Part shown: in pieces, positions 1 through 10,478 of the stretch
How the letters are laid out: each line of letters starts with the position of its first letter
How positions within the stretch are numbered: the stretch's first letter is position 1
From: Eledone cirrhosa
Taxonomy: Eukaryota
DNA: 64,000 bases
Direction of reading: 5' to 3'
Assembly: GCA_964016885.1 (NCBI GenBank)
Contig: OZ024746.1
Location: 37,634,001 to 37,698,000, forward strand
Made by a program: the position numbers and the translations under genes
Notes under the pieces: generated by a model
What the model was told of the DNA's origin: nothing
What the model saw: only the letters and a program-made list of their open reading frames with translations
The model's database searches: none

Positions 1-243
1 CCGCCTACATTAGTGATCCCCTCTGGCTTCTCAACATTCTCTACCAGATATTTTGTCTTAGTCTCATTCAATCTCAGCCCCACGCTCATCGACACAGTCT
101 CAACCTCCCGCATCAAATCCTCTGCCTCCTTCACTGTATTTGTCACCAAAACTATGTCGTCGGCAAATTCAGCATCCGATACCTTTTTCGCCCTAACTCT
201 CCTGCTCTGAGCCGGTGCTACAGTAAAGCCAGAGTCGTGGTGT
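1..243 (-). mobile_element. 5'-truncated LINE reverse transcriptase fragment (RTE/RTEX-like), continues beyond the left edge
   Basis: Manual minus-strand translation gives SGFTVAPAQSRRVRAKKVSDAEFADDIVLVTNTVKEAEDLMREVETVSMSVGLRLNETKTKYL, containing the RT FADD motif and the GLxLNxxKT motif. It ends at a (TA)n tract. Confidence 0.8.
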
Positions 244-248
244 TTCTC

Positions 249-279
249 ATATATATATGTATGTGTGTATGCTTGTGTA

Positions 280-327
<48 letters not shown>

Positions 328-330
328 CTT

Positions 331-404
<74 letters not shown>

Positions 405-436
405 ATACACACACACACACACATATATACATATAT
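249..436. repeat. (TA)n/(CA)n compound microsatellite
   Basis: Read directly; explains the YIYI/THTH ORFs. Confidence 0.97.
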
Positions 437-1493
437 TTACACCTGTCTATATGTGGCGATAAATTATATGTGTGTGTTTATGTTTCTGCATTGACCAGGC
501 ATCTGAAGCAAGGATACTTTCTCACTAAGTGAGCAGCAAAAACTGTCACGGATTATACAGTGGAATTCATTACCTAAATGTACGGAATACATAAAATATT
601 GCATTTCTTTCAAAGTTCCAACGTTTATGCCAAACCATGACCTGAACTTGTAGTCACTTTATAGAAATCTGTAATGCTAGTCTTGCTGCCGTTATTGATT
701 AAACTATTTGCATCATAAGAATTGATTGTTTTAACATCAGTTTTCTCTACAATTTTCAATCTGTGATTGAAGGGTTAGATGTTTCTATTTATTTAATTGT
801 CATATTGTCTCCTCGATATCAGCATTTGTGTTTCCAAAAAAAAATAGTGTTTTGTTTCTGTTCGTTTCATTATTCCTGCCACGCTTGCAATATAATAAAT
901 ACTTTTCATTATGGCTAAGTGACGAGTCTTTTACTGTGGCGTTTCAGATAAGTCAACATGTCTATCATTAAATTGAAGACGGCTGACAAGAATGGAATAC
1001 ATAACACAAAATCTTACGCATCCATACATTTAATTTATTCTTTCATAAAATAAAGTTCAAACAGAAAATAGACTACTATAAACATGTCATAAAAACAGCG
1101 TAAATAATTATTACTGTTTGGCAATTAGCTCGTAAGTTAACTTGTCTGTAAGTTACTCCAAAATGAGTTTTATTGAAAATTGCAAAAGAAATAAGATTGT
1201 TAAACACAACAAATGGATGTCGAACAAAATTAATCTCAATTATTTCATAGCTTTATCCAAAATATTAACATAAACAGGATGAATTTAAAAAAAATATAGA
1301 TGATATTGAACAACAAAAGGTTTATTTTTTATAACATTGAAGACATTATAAACGCACAAACTTAAGGAAACTAATAGAAAATAAAACTTTGTATCGAATT
1401 AGTTATTCGATTAATATTTTAAAAGAGTTATATTTATGAGATTAAAAAAATATATGTTTACTGAAAAGTCGTTGCATAACTTTCTCTAAACAC

Positions 1494-1879
<386 letters not shown>

Positions 1880-1946
1880 TTATTCGTTGGGCGTATCATG
1901 CAGCCAATAAAGACACATGCACCTGTTGGATTTTATTTTAATTTAT

Positions 1947-1998
1947 ATATAGTCAAAGCTCTTTCGTCACATTCTGTGATCTCCTCAGTGAGCGATAT
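1947..1998 (-). ncRNA. Minimal type I hammerhead ribozyme-like motif
   Basis: Minus strand: TCA-CTGAGGA-GATCACAGAATGTGAC-GAAA-GAGC-TT-TGA. Core intact, stem II G(A)TCAC/GTGAC, short stems I and III. Confidence 0.55.
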
Positions 1999-2068
1999 CT
2001 TATTTTGTGTCTCTCATTGTTGTGCCCTACACCATCTTGCATTACGATATATCTATATATATATATAT

Positions 2069-2183
2069 ATAGGAAAATGTATGACCCCGACGGCAGAGCT
2101 CAAGTGGTTTCGACGATATTTCTGGACTGAAATAGCCGTCGAAACGGCTTGAGCTCTGCCGTCGGGGTCATACTTTTTCCTAT
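2069..2183. repeat. ~115-bp fold-back palindrome carrying the 3' half of a hammerhead
   Basis: Arms of ~50 bp (aggaaaatgtatgaccccgacggcagagctcaag... / ...cttgagctctgccgtcggggtcatactttttcct). The right arm has GAAA-CGGC..GCCG-TC. Confidence 0.85.
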
Positions 2184-2260
2184 TACCCACTATACTACCC
2201 TAAGTATTGAGTACTCTGTTGCGTTATCGTCCATCTGGTTCCTTACCACAATTCCTTCGT

Positions 2261-2312
<52 letters not shown>

Positions 2313-2341
2313 ATACCATTTATTAAGGCTTAATGGCAAGT

Positions 2342-2390
2342 CTTGTTACTCTGGTGTTTCACTTATGTAACCATTAGATCATCAGAATAG
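2342..2390 (-). ncRNA. Degenerate hammerhead ribozyme motif
   Basis: Minus strand: CTGATGA-TCTAATGGTTACATAAGT-GAAA-CACCAGAG-TA. Core and stem II present, stem I mismatched. Confidence 0.45.
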
Positions 2391-3128
2391 TGCTGGCCTG
2401 TTGATCCTGTGGGTAGACTCGTAAACGTCCAGAGTAAGAAGAGTTATTACTTTACAATAATAAATATTTAAATTCTAATCCGAAAATGAGTACTCATACT
2501 CAGGTCCGACATCATTACACGCAAGTGTAGATTATATAGCCTTTGTATCAGGGAAGTGTTAAATCTATCTTTAGAAACTAACAGAAATACTATATTCCTA
2601 CTAGAGCTAATATGGGGTTATAGGTTCAAAACCATAAGATACTTGCAATTTACTTTGGTATTACTCTTATTGTAAATTTGGTATTAGGTCAGGAGTGTTA
2701 TTCCCCTGATGTATCTCCAACTACCAGATTACATCTTGAGATGTCACCTCTACTTTGGGGAATACGACATAATGATTTTATTGATTAATAATTAGGGCAA
2801 ATATGTAGCAGATGAAGGAAATACAGTGTTTATTTGCATCTCATTTACGTTCTGATTTCATATTCAGAAGATCATAGATTTTCTAAATATTAAACTGTTG
2901 ACATAATAGTCACCAGTTTAGAACTAGATTCGATGCATGCGAATATATACTTTGGTGAAATGCTTAGCACTGTGCCTTTTTCTACTGTTGTTATGTTGAA
3001 GATGTCGACATATTCCAATGTCATTGTTACTTCATTTTCAAAAGCTCGAGGTAGTTAACTCTGGTGATACAACGTGGCGATTTAATCAATAATGTTGAGA
3101 TTGTAAAACCCTATCATTATCTATAAAA

Positions 3129-3325
3129 GGCAGTGAATTGGCAGTATCGGTAGAGGGTTGGACATGGCGGTGAATTGGCAGTATCGTAGTTACGTTCCTT
3201 TACGATCTGAGTTCAAGTCCCGCCGAGGTTAACTTTGCCTTTCATCATTACGGGGTCGATAAAATAAAGTACCAGTAATGTACTGGGATAATTGCTGGCC
3301 TTGTGCCAAAAGTAGAAATAATTAT
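3129..3325 (+). mobile_element. tRNA-type SINE (family S1) with target-site duplication
   Basis: A-box-like TGGCAGTATCGG and B-box GAGTTCAAGTCC; 3' end GGCCTTGTGCCAAAAGTAGAAATAATTAT. Direct repeat ATTATCTATAAAAGGCAG at 3116-3133 and 3321-3338. Homologous copies elsewhere in the window. Confidence 0.85.
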
Positions 3326-3872
3326 CTATAAAAGGCAGATTGTTGTTGTTGTGTGTGTGTGCATGTTCCATGTATATACATTTGCACAATTTCAAACCGA
3401 TTCGACTCAAAGTCTGTAAGAATGTTGTAAATGGTCTAACTTAGCTCAACGACTATCTATTTCATTCAAACTCACCAAGAATTACGGAAATAATCGATAA
3501 AACTAAATACATGACGCTTTACCCCTCTAATAGAATCCGAATAACTCTGTGTACTCCTCTTAAAATTCGATAACATACATACATACTGCAACTTTCTCTG
3601 ATATACGATTAAACTTACACATTTTAAGAGAGAGGGAGAGAGAGGGAGAGACAGAGAACGTTTGTTCTTGAGTGTGGAACGGTCAAACATTTATTTACTT
3701 CAATGACAAAGAGAACTTATTACATTTCATACGAAACAACAATTATTCAAAAGCAACAGATAAATGTACTCAACAACAACAAAAATAGCGATAAATCTTT
3801 TTTAAAACATCTATCAACGAACGTAGAAGAAATAAGTATCAGTTCATTTACTATACACAATAATATCCACTG

Positions 3873-4044
3873 TGAGGTCACTAAACCTGCTAGAAACAGC
3901 AGCTAACTCTCCCCCATATCACACCACTCCTTACTTTCTTAAATTTAGAAAACATATCCTCTATGAGGTCACTAAACCTGCTAGAAACAGCAGCTAACTC
4001 TCCCCCATATCACACCCCTCCCTACTTTCTTAAATTTAGAAAAC
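3873..4044. repeat. Tandem duplication of an ~90-bp unit
   Basis: tgaggtcactaaacctgctagaaacagcagctaactctcccccatatcacacc...tttagaaaaca occurs at ~3873 and ~3964. Confidence 0.9.
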
Positions 4045-4259
4045 AGACATTAGACAACCATGCAGAACAACTCCATCGCAGCTCTGTTGTTCGGCTGGCC
4101 ACGTCAACGCGCGTGTTGCGCAAGTACTGTGTAACAATAAATTTCAACACTTCTTTGCACAGAGATAATATCCATAGGCGAAACTACAATTGTCACTGCT
4201 GACGCAGCTCCTGCTTCGGCAGTCCAGGTCTGCAATTCATTCACCCAGTGCCTGGCAGA

Positions 4260-4400
4260 CAAGAAAGTTCTGCCATAAAATGGGTGGTGCAACCTAACTT
4301 TGGTAACTTACTGACCCCGAGCAACGCCGGACTTTAATGCTAGTTATCATATAAGAGCAAAATGTTACACGCGTGTCTTTTTCCGACTTAACCCACAATG
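4260..4400 (-). mobile_element. Possible mariner transposase remnant
   Basis: Broken frames give NILLLYDN ... LPKLG ... LHHPFY, in the order of the mariner ILLHDNA...KLGW...LPHPPYSPD motifs. Heavily decayed. Confidence 0.3.
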
Positions 4401-5496
4401 GAAATGTTTATCGGTCCTATCGTTTCTTACTACACTGATATTACTAGCGCAGCTTTATAGATATTTGTAATGAATCTGACAGAAGAGTAAGTATACGAAG
4501 ACCTACAAATGGGTTAAACGTAGATAAAGAGATAGATAAAAAAAAAGCACTAGGCAGATGTTAGTTGAATGCATCTCCGTATAATTATAAATATCAATTA
4601 GGTAAATGAGAAATAGGATACGGATTATATTTTTACCCGTGTTGATTTTAAATTTTCCCTTTTTAAGTGTGTTAGCCTCTATAATTTTCAGTACTTGATG
4701 TATTCGTTCGGGCACTTTTCAAGATATTGTTGTAATAAGTTCTAAGATTTTACACAATGTATACTACGTCACTGTCTTGAATTACATCTCTTTTCTCCTT
4801 ATATGTTCCTTAAACAATTTATTTACCGCTACCAACAATTCACTTTTTTTAAATCTCGTGATCAAGTATATCTTCACACAGCCTACACACTACGTATATT
4901 TTAACACGATCTAAACAAATTTCTATCTCGAGACTATCTATACACAATAGATATCTAGAAACACTTAGAATTCGTGTTGCTTACAAACTGTTTTTATCAA
5001 GTGTGTGTACGTCTTTATAAAGAAGTTATATCTCACGAACCAAACTTCATTTTAAATATAACGTACACACATACAGGCACACATATACACACAAAGACGG
5101 GCAACCACACTCACACACATATTCGTGGCTGTTTGTATGTGATTCTGTATCTAGCAATTTATGTTTGTTTTTCCTCGTACTTCTTAGAAATTTGATTATA
5201 TTCGTCATTGTTTTTATTCCTCTTCTCACATCTAATCGAACACAGATCTCTCGTCAAAGGAGTTATAGCATAGAGCAACATGTCGCTTACGCAGACATAA
5301 TGTGTATCTTGGTCTATCTTATCCGGTGGATCTTATGGTATGATCTGTTTATGGGGCGTTAGTCGCCATTAAATGCAATCATGTGCAACTTCAATCATTA
5401 ACTCATACCGAAAATGTGTCACGTATAAATGCTTAAACCTGACTCACAAACACACATACACAGAAACGCACACACACACACACATACATACACACG

Positions 5497-5542
<46 letters not shown>

Positions 5543-5544
<2 letters not shown>

Positions 5545-5735
5545 GGTAGAAAAACGTGACGTTATATCCGACTTTGGTAAAGTACTCACTCCAAAGGACG
5601 AGTACGGTATAGAGGTAGTTCCACAACGAATTGGCAAACCCAATTCGAGGACACATGTTTCACCGGGAAGAAAATACCTGAGCTGAAACACGAGTCCTCG
5701 AATATAGTTTGTCAATTTTTTGTCGAACTAACTCT
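5543..5735. repeat. Short cassette with a fold-back (5611-5735) carrying the 3' half of a hammerhead; related to 43276-43569
   Basis: Inverted arms agaggtagttccacaa...gaggacacatgtttca / tgaaacacgagtcctcga...gaactaactct. The 5' part gtggtagaa...atatccg...tggta..g.actca.tcca aligns with 43276 onward. Confidence 0.7.
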
Positions 5736-5839
5736 CTCTCTTTGCCTCTCTTTAGCTCTCTATATATGTCTACACTGCTTTGACAGACTATCAATTTTAC
5801 TTACTTTCTCGCTGGCTGCACACTAATTAGTATAGCCAA

Positions 5840-6002
<163 letters not shown>

Positions 6003-7329
6003 GTAATGGACGAAGGTTAGCCAATATAATGGACACAGCATTGGTCATTTCCTCACTCACTCAATAAACTTATCGTCACGTTGGCTGCATATATCACAAT
6101 TTATTACCAACTCGGTAGTTCATTATATGCAGATTAGTACGTTCATTTAACAATACTACTAAAACAGAATGGGTATTTAAGCTCATGAAATATGCGTTCA
6201 GTTGGAATATTTAGAAAATATACACGCTTTCTTACGAAATAAATATCTATATCTATATACGATTTATATATTCTGTGTATATTCAAAAAGGAATTTAAAA
6301 GACATAAATATTGCAAGTTACAATCTTCTCATCAACTACAAATGGATACTTATAATGATGTGTGGATTCTGAATAATACCGGTGGAAGCACATATTTCTG
6401 TGTCATTTCATACCACAAGTTTTCTTTCTAGTGATCCAAGGTACTTTGTTCATAATTCAAAGCATCTCGACTCTACAGAATAAATGGAGAGAACCATGTC
6501 TAGTGCTGAAACGTAACACGATAGGTACACTAGTCTTCTCTTTTTGTTTGTATTACCAAAATATTTCTTCTTTTCTCTCAGCTTCAAGTGTAGTGTACAG
6601 TCATTTCTTTGCTCATTAATCTTGGAAATTATCATTGAATATTCATATTTTAGTGAAAATATCGTATGAATAAATTTCATGTCATGATATATTCTTTGTA
6701 TATGCAACAAAGAGGCATTCATTTTATATAATGTAATATTTCGAGTTGCATCGAACTTCAAATTCTCTCTCTCTATATATATATATATATATTATGGATG
6801 TATTTATATATATATATATATAAATGCATCCATAATAAATTCCCATGAATTATCGTTTTAAAATGTAGGAATAAGGACGCAGAAAATACCTGCAAAAGCA
6901 GACCATAAAATAAATAGTATGTATAGAAAATTGCGTTACGAACAAAAATGGTGAGCTCAAGCTAGGGAGAATCAAATCCTATGTACCTTAAATACGATGC
7001 AAGCACAGTAACAATTCCGCTAAGGAGTAATTGATCAGCAATTTCGTCTAAAGTATATGGCTATACTAATTAGTGTGCAGCCAGAGAGAAAGTAAGTAAA
7101 TATGATGATCTCTCAAAGCAGTGTATACAGTCAACATTTTGTTTCCATCTGCAGGCGTATATTACCCGATTGTGCAAACTGTTACTTATAGAGATCGCTA
7201 TTTTATACAATGCTTGCTTTTTCGGTTAACAAATATTCAAATGCCTTTGAAGACACCCAGCGATTCGATACCTCCTCAAACTACAAGTATATATATATAT
7301 GTTTTCAAATTTCATTATATATTTATAAT

Positions 7330-7722
7330 TATAGTAGTTAGAGCAATAGGCTTGCAATCGAAAGGTTGTGAGTTCAATTCTCGGACCGGGTGATGTGTTG
7401 TTTCCTTGAACAAGACACTTTATTTCACGTTGCTCCAGTTCACTCACCTGAAAATGAGTACCAGCAATAGCTGGAGGTTTAACCCTGCGATGGACTGGCG
7501 TCCTGTTCAGGGGGGAGTCTTGTATTCTCAGTCGCTTCACGCCATGAAACCGGTATAAGCACCGGCCAAATGAGCCTTCTGGTTTAAGACAGACTTTAGA
7601 CTTCCGGCCTGCCCGCCCAGCCAGTGGGATGGCGTCATCGTATGGCGAAAACAGCACGTGCTGTAACCAGCGGCGGCGAATCGCGCCCGACAGACTGGTC
7701 GGTCAAAGTGATCAAGGTGATA
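7330..7722 (+). mobile_element. tRNA-type SINE (family S2)
   Basis: tRNA-like head with B-box GAGTTCAATTCT, then tccttgaacaagacactttatttcacgttgctc and cctgcgatggactggcgtcctgttcagggg blocks typical of SINE central regions. Partial second copy at ~18740-18850. Confidence 0.75.
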
Positions 7723-7791
7723 TATATATATGTGTGTCTGTGTATATTATACATACGTACAAACATAGATACGCACACACGTGTGTACATG

Positions 7792-7810
7792 TGAGAGAGA
7801 GAGAGGCGGC

Positions 7811-7872
<62 letters not shown>

Positions 7873-8100
7873 AATGCGAGTGTATGTGTTTCTAGGAAAA
7901 AGGGAATTATATGGTGAAAAATAAATGTAGCGTTCTGAAATAAGAATAGGTATGGATTACTCTCAATATTTGTTTTGTTTAACGTTAAACGTCTACTTGT
8001 TTATCAAATACAAAGTTACAATCCCTCTATGTGTATGTGCATTTTTGTATGCGTATGTATATGTTTGTGTATGTGCGTGTGCATGTGTGTATGTGTGTGT

Positions 8101-8163
<63 letters not shown>
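7792..8163. repeat. (GA)n tract (7792-7868) and (GT)n tract (~8030-8163)
   Basis: Read directly. Confidence 0.9.
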
Positions 8164-8164
<1 letters not shown>

Positions 8165-8559
8165 CAATCTATCTGATTCATTGTATATAAAGGTGCGCTT
8201 ATAAAATCAACAAAAAGAAATACCTTCTCGTCCATCAAATAATATAGATAAATCTAATCAGGAACATTTATTTTCTAATAAAAATACACTGATTTATTTT
8301 TCAATCTACTTAAATGTTCGTACACTCAAATTTCTGAGATTAGTATATAAATACCTGTTGTTGTATTCTAAAAATAACTGACGACTTTATGTGTTTTGGG
8401 GATTAAGACTTCTACTACCACAAATAAGGAGGATTTTCAAATACGCCACAAGGCTTTCAATTTTAGGGAAGGGGATATCGATTAAATCCATCGACCTCGA
8501 AAGCATGAGTGGTGAAAGTGACATTGCCGGGATCGTATATTTGATATATATATATATAT

Positions 8560-8952
8560 TATAATGTTCGGTTTGCTTGTAAACAATCAGCCCGAATTAC
8601 GCCGTACAGTGCTCGGCAACCATCGTCGCCCTTTTGTTACACACCGACACAAGAACGATGTACTAGTTACGATGTATTAGCTATAGTCAGCTCGTATACC
8701 TTTCTGTCAGATGATTGAACGTCTGATAGTATATACTTTCCCTATGCATATTAACGGGTGAACAGCCTAATTTGCATATCGAATGAGTTAGTCGACCGGG
8801 CATACCGAAAAAGATAAATGGAAAAGAATGAAACGAAATTTCATTTCTCACTCTTAGTCCGGCTGATACCTAAATATAAGTATGTATACGTACATACATA
8901 TATTTGTACAGACGCACAGTAGTACATACATGCACACATATATGTACGTTAC

Positions 8953-8989
<37 letters not shown>

Positions 8990-9345
8990 CATGTATGTAT
9001 ATATATATACATACTACTGTGCGTCTGTACACATATATGTATGTACGTATACATACTTATATTTAGGTATCAGCCGTACTAAGAGTGAGAAATGAAATTT
9101 CGTTTCATTGTTTTCCATTTATCGTTTACGGTGTGCCCAGCCGACTAACTCACTCGATATGCAAATTAGCCTGCTCAGCCGTTAATATGCATAAGGAAAG
9201 TATATACTTTCAGAAGTTCAATCATCTGACAGAAAGGTATACGATGCTGACGATAGCTAATAAGCTTGAAACTAGTACATCGTTCCTGTGTCAGTTGAAC
9301 AAAAGGGCGACGATGGTTGCCGAGCACTGTACGGCGTAATTCGGG
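8560..9345. mobile_element. ~780-bp inverted duplication of a hammerhead-bearing cassette (retrozyme / Penelope pLTR-like)
   Basis: Arms 8591-~8930 and ~9010-9345 are diverged reverse complements around a (TA)n/(TG)n centre. Same family as 56310-56700. Confidence 0.85.
9241..9283 (+). ncRNA. Minimal type I hammerhead ribozyme
   Basis: ACGATG-CTGACGA-TAGCTAATAAGCTT-GAAA-CTAG-TA-CATCGT: perfect 6-bp stem I, AGCT/AGCT stem II, palindromic stem III, GUA cleavage triplet (cut after 9277). Confidence 0.85.
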
Positions 9346-9412
9346 ATATCTGTTGACATATATATATATATGGTGAACTAACTGTTGTGTAACCACTTTA
9401 TATATATATATT

Positions 9413-9512
9413 TATTAAAATAACAGATTAAAGTTTAAGCAAAGAATCGCTACTTTCACCCTTAACGGGATCTTCTGAGACTTTGCTTAGACTTCCATCT
9501 GTTATTTTAATA
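9413..9512 (-). repeat. ~100-bp hairpin capped by a decayed hammerhead core
   Basis: Arms tattaaaataacagat..aagtttaagcaaag / ctttgcttagactt..atctgttattttaata. The loop reads CAGAAGA-TCCCGTTAAGGGT-GAAA on the minus strand. Confidence 0.6.
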
Positions 9513-9666
9513 TTTGCTCTAAGGTTCTTATATATTTGATATATATTTATCCTTATCGAGCCCTCTTTGGATTTTAGTCTTCAAATTTATTATTATTACT
9601 ATATATATATATATATATTTAAATATATATATATAAAGTGGTTACACAACAGTTAGTTCACCATAC

Positions 9667-9704
9667 CGAGAACAATTATTTCACCTTAATTGATCCTCAG
9701 CTCG
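9667..9704 (-). ncRNA. Minimal hammerhead motif (same family as 43374/43503)
   Basis: Minus strand: CGAG-CTGAGGA-TCAATTAAGGT-GAAA-TAATTG-TT-CTCG. Core and stem I intact, stem II weak. Confidence 0.6.
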
Positions 9705-9904
9705 TAATGGGCAAGGTTGTACGAACGCGCATGAGCAGAAACCGGTCACTTCACACAGGCAATACTAAAGTGAGTGCGACATATTTAAGGGAGATAACTG
9801 CGAAAGTCCGAAAAGTTTTTAGTTGATAAGAAAAAATATTGATGATGTTACAATAATTCATTAAATCTGGAGCTTTGTATATATATATATACAATCTGGA
9901 GCTT

Positions 9905-9990
<86 letters not shown>

Positions 9991-10478
9991 GCGATATCAT
10001 ATTCATCTTAGTACGAACAATGAAAACAAATCACGGGTGTAAAATTATCTCTAAATGATTAGTTTAAGATTATAGTTCATTTCATATTCATTTAGGTTAC
10101 TATAGATGGAAACAGGCGGAACATGCAACCTGGTGGCAATTAACATGTGTAGAATTAAATCCGTTTCATATTTTAACACAGCGCATTCGAAAAGCACATA
10201 TTTGTGCAACACTTAAATAAATCCACAGCTCGTATTTTTTCCTTGGTGGCTTTTATGTAAAATGGATTCAGGGCGCATCCAACCTAAGGTTGAATCACGA
10301 TTCTCTGTTAATATGAAACACCCTAACCACACCGCAGCCATACTAAACGATTTCCCCTCTCCATGCCATCGAGGTTATCCATCGGAAAGGCAATGACCAA
10401 TATAGCTTGACACCACTCATGTTGTAATAATAAAATTCTGTAATCATTAAAATCATTCTGTAATCATTAAAATCATTA

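Noticed and set aside
237-532. ORFs with YIYI/THTH/CVCV/ERER repeats (also ~1.7, 5.4, 8.0, 41.9, 46.5 and 56-58 kb)
   Set aside because: Translations of dinucleotide microsatellites.
4104-4292. RTFLSARHWVNELQ resembles a Rab GTPase helix
   Set aside because: No G-box motifs or supporting exons; adjacent sequence fits a mariner remnant about as well.
7330-7395. tRNA gene
   Set aside because: The tRNA-like boxes are the head of a SINE; no complete cloverleaf.
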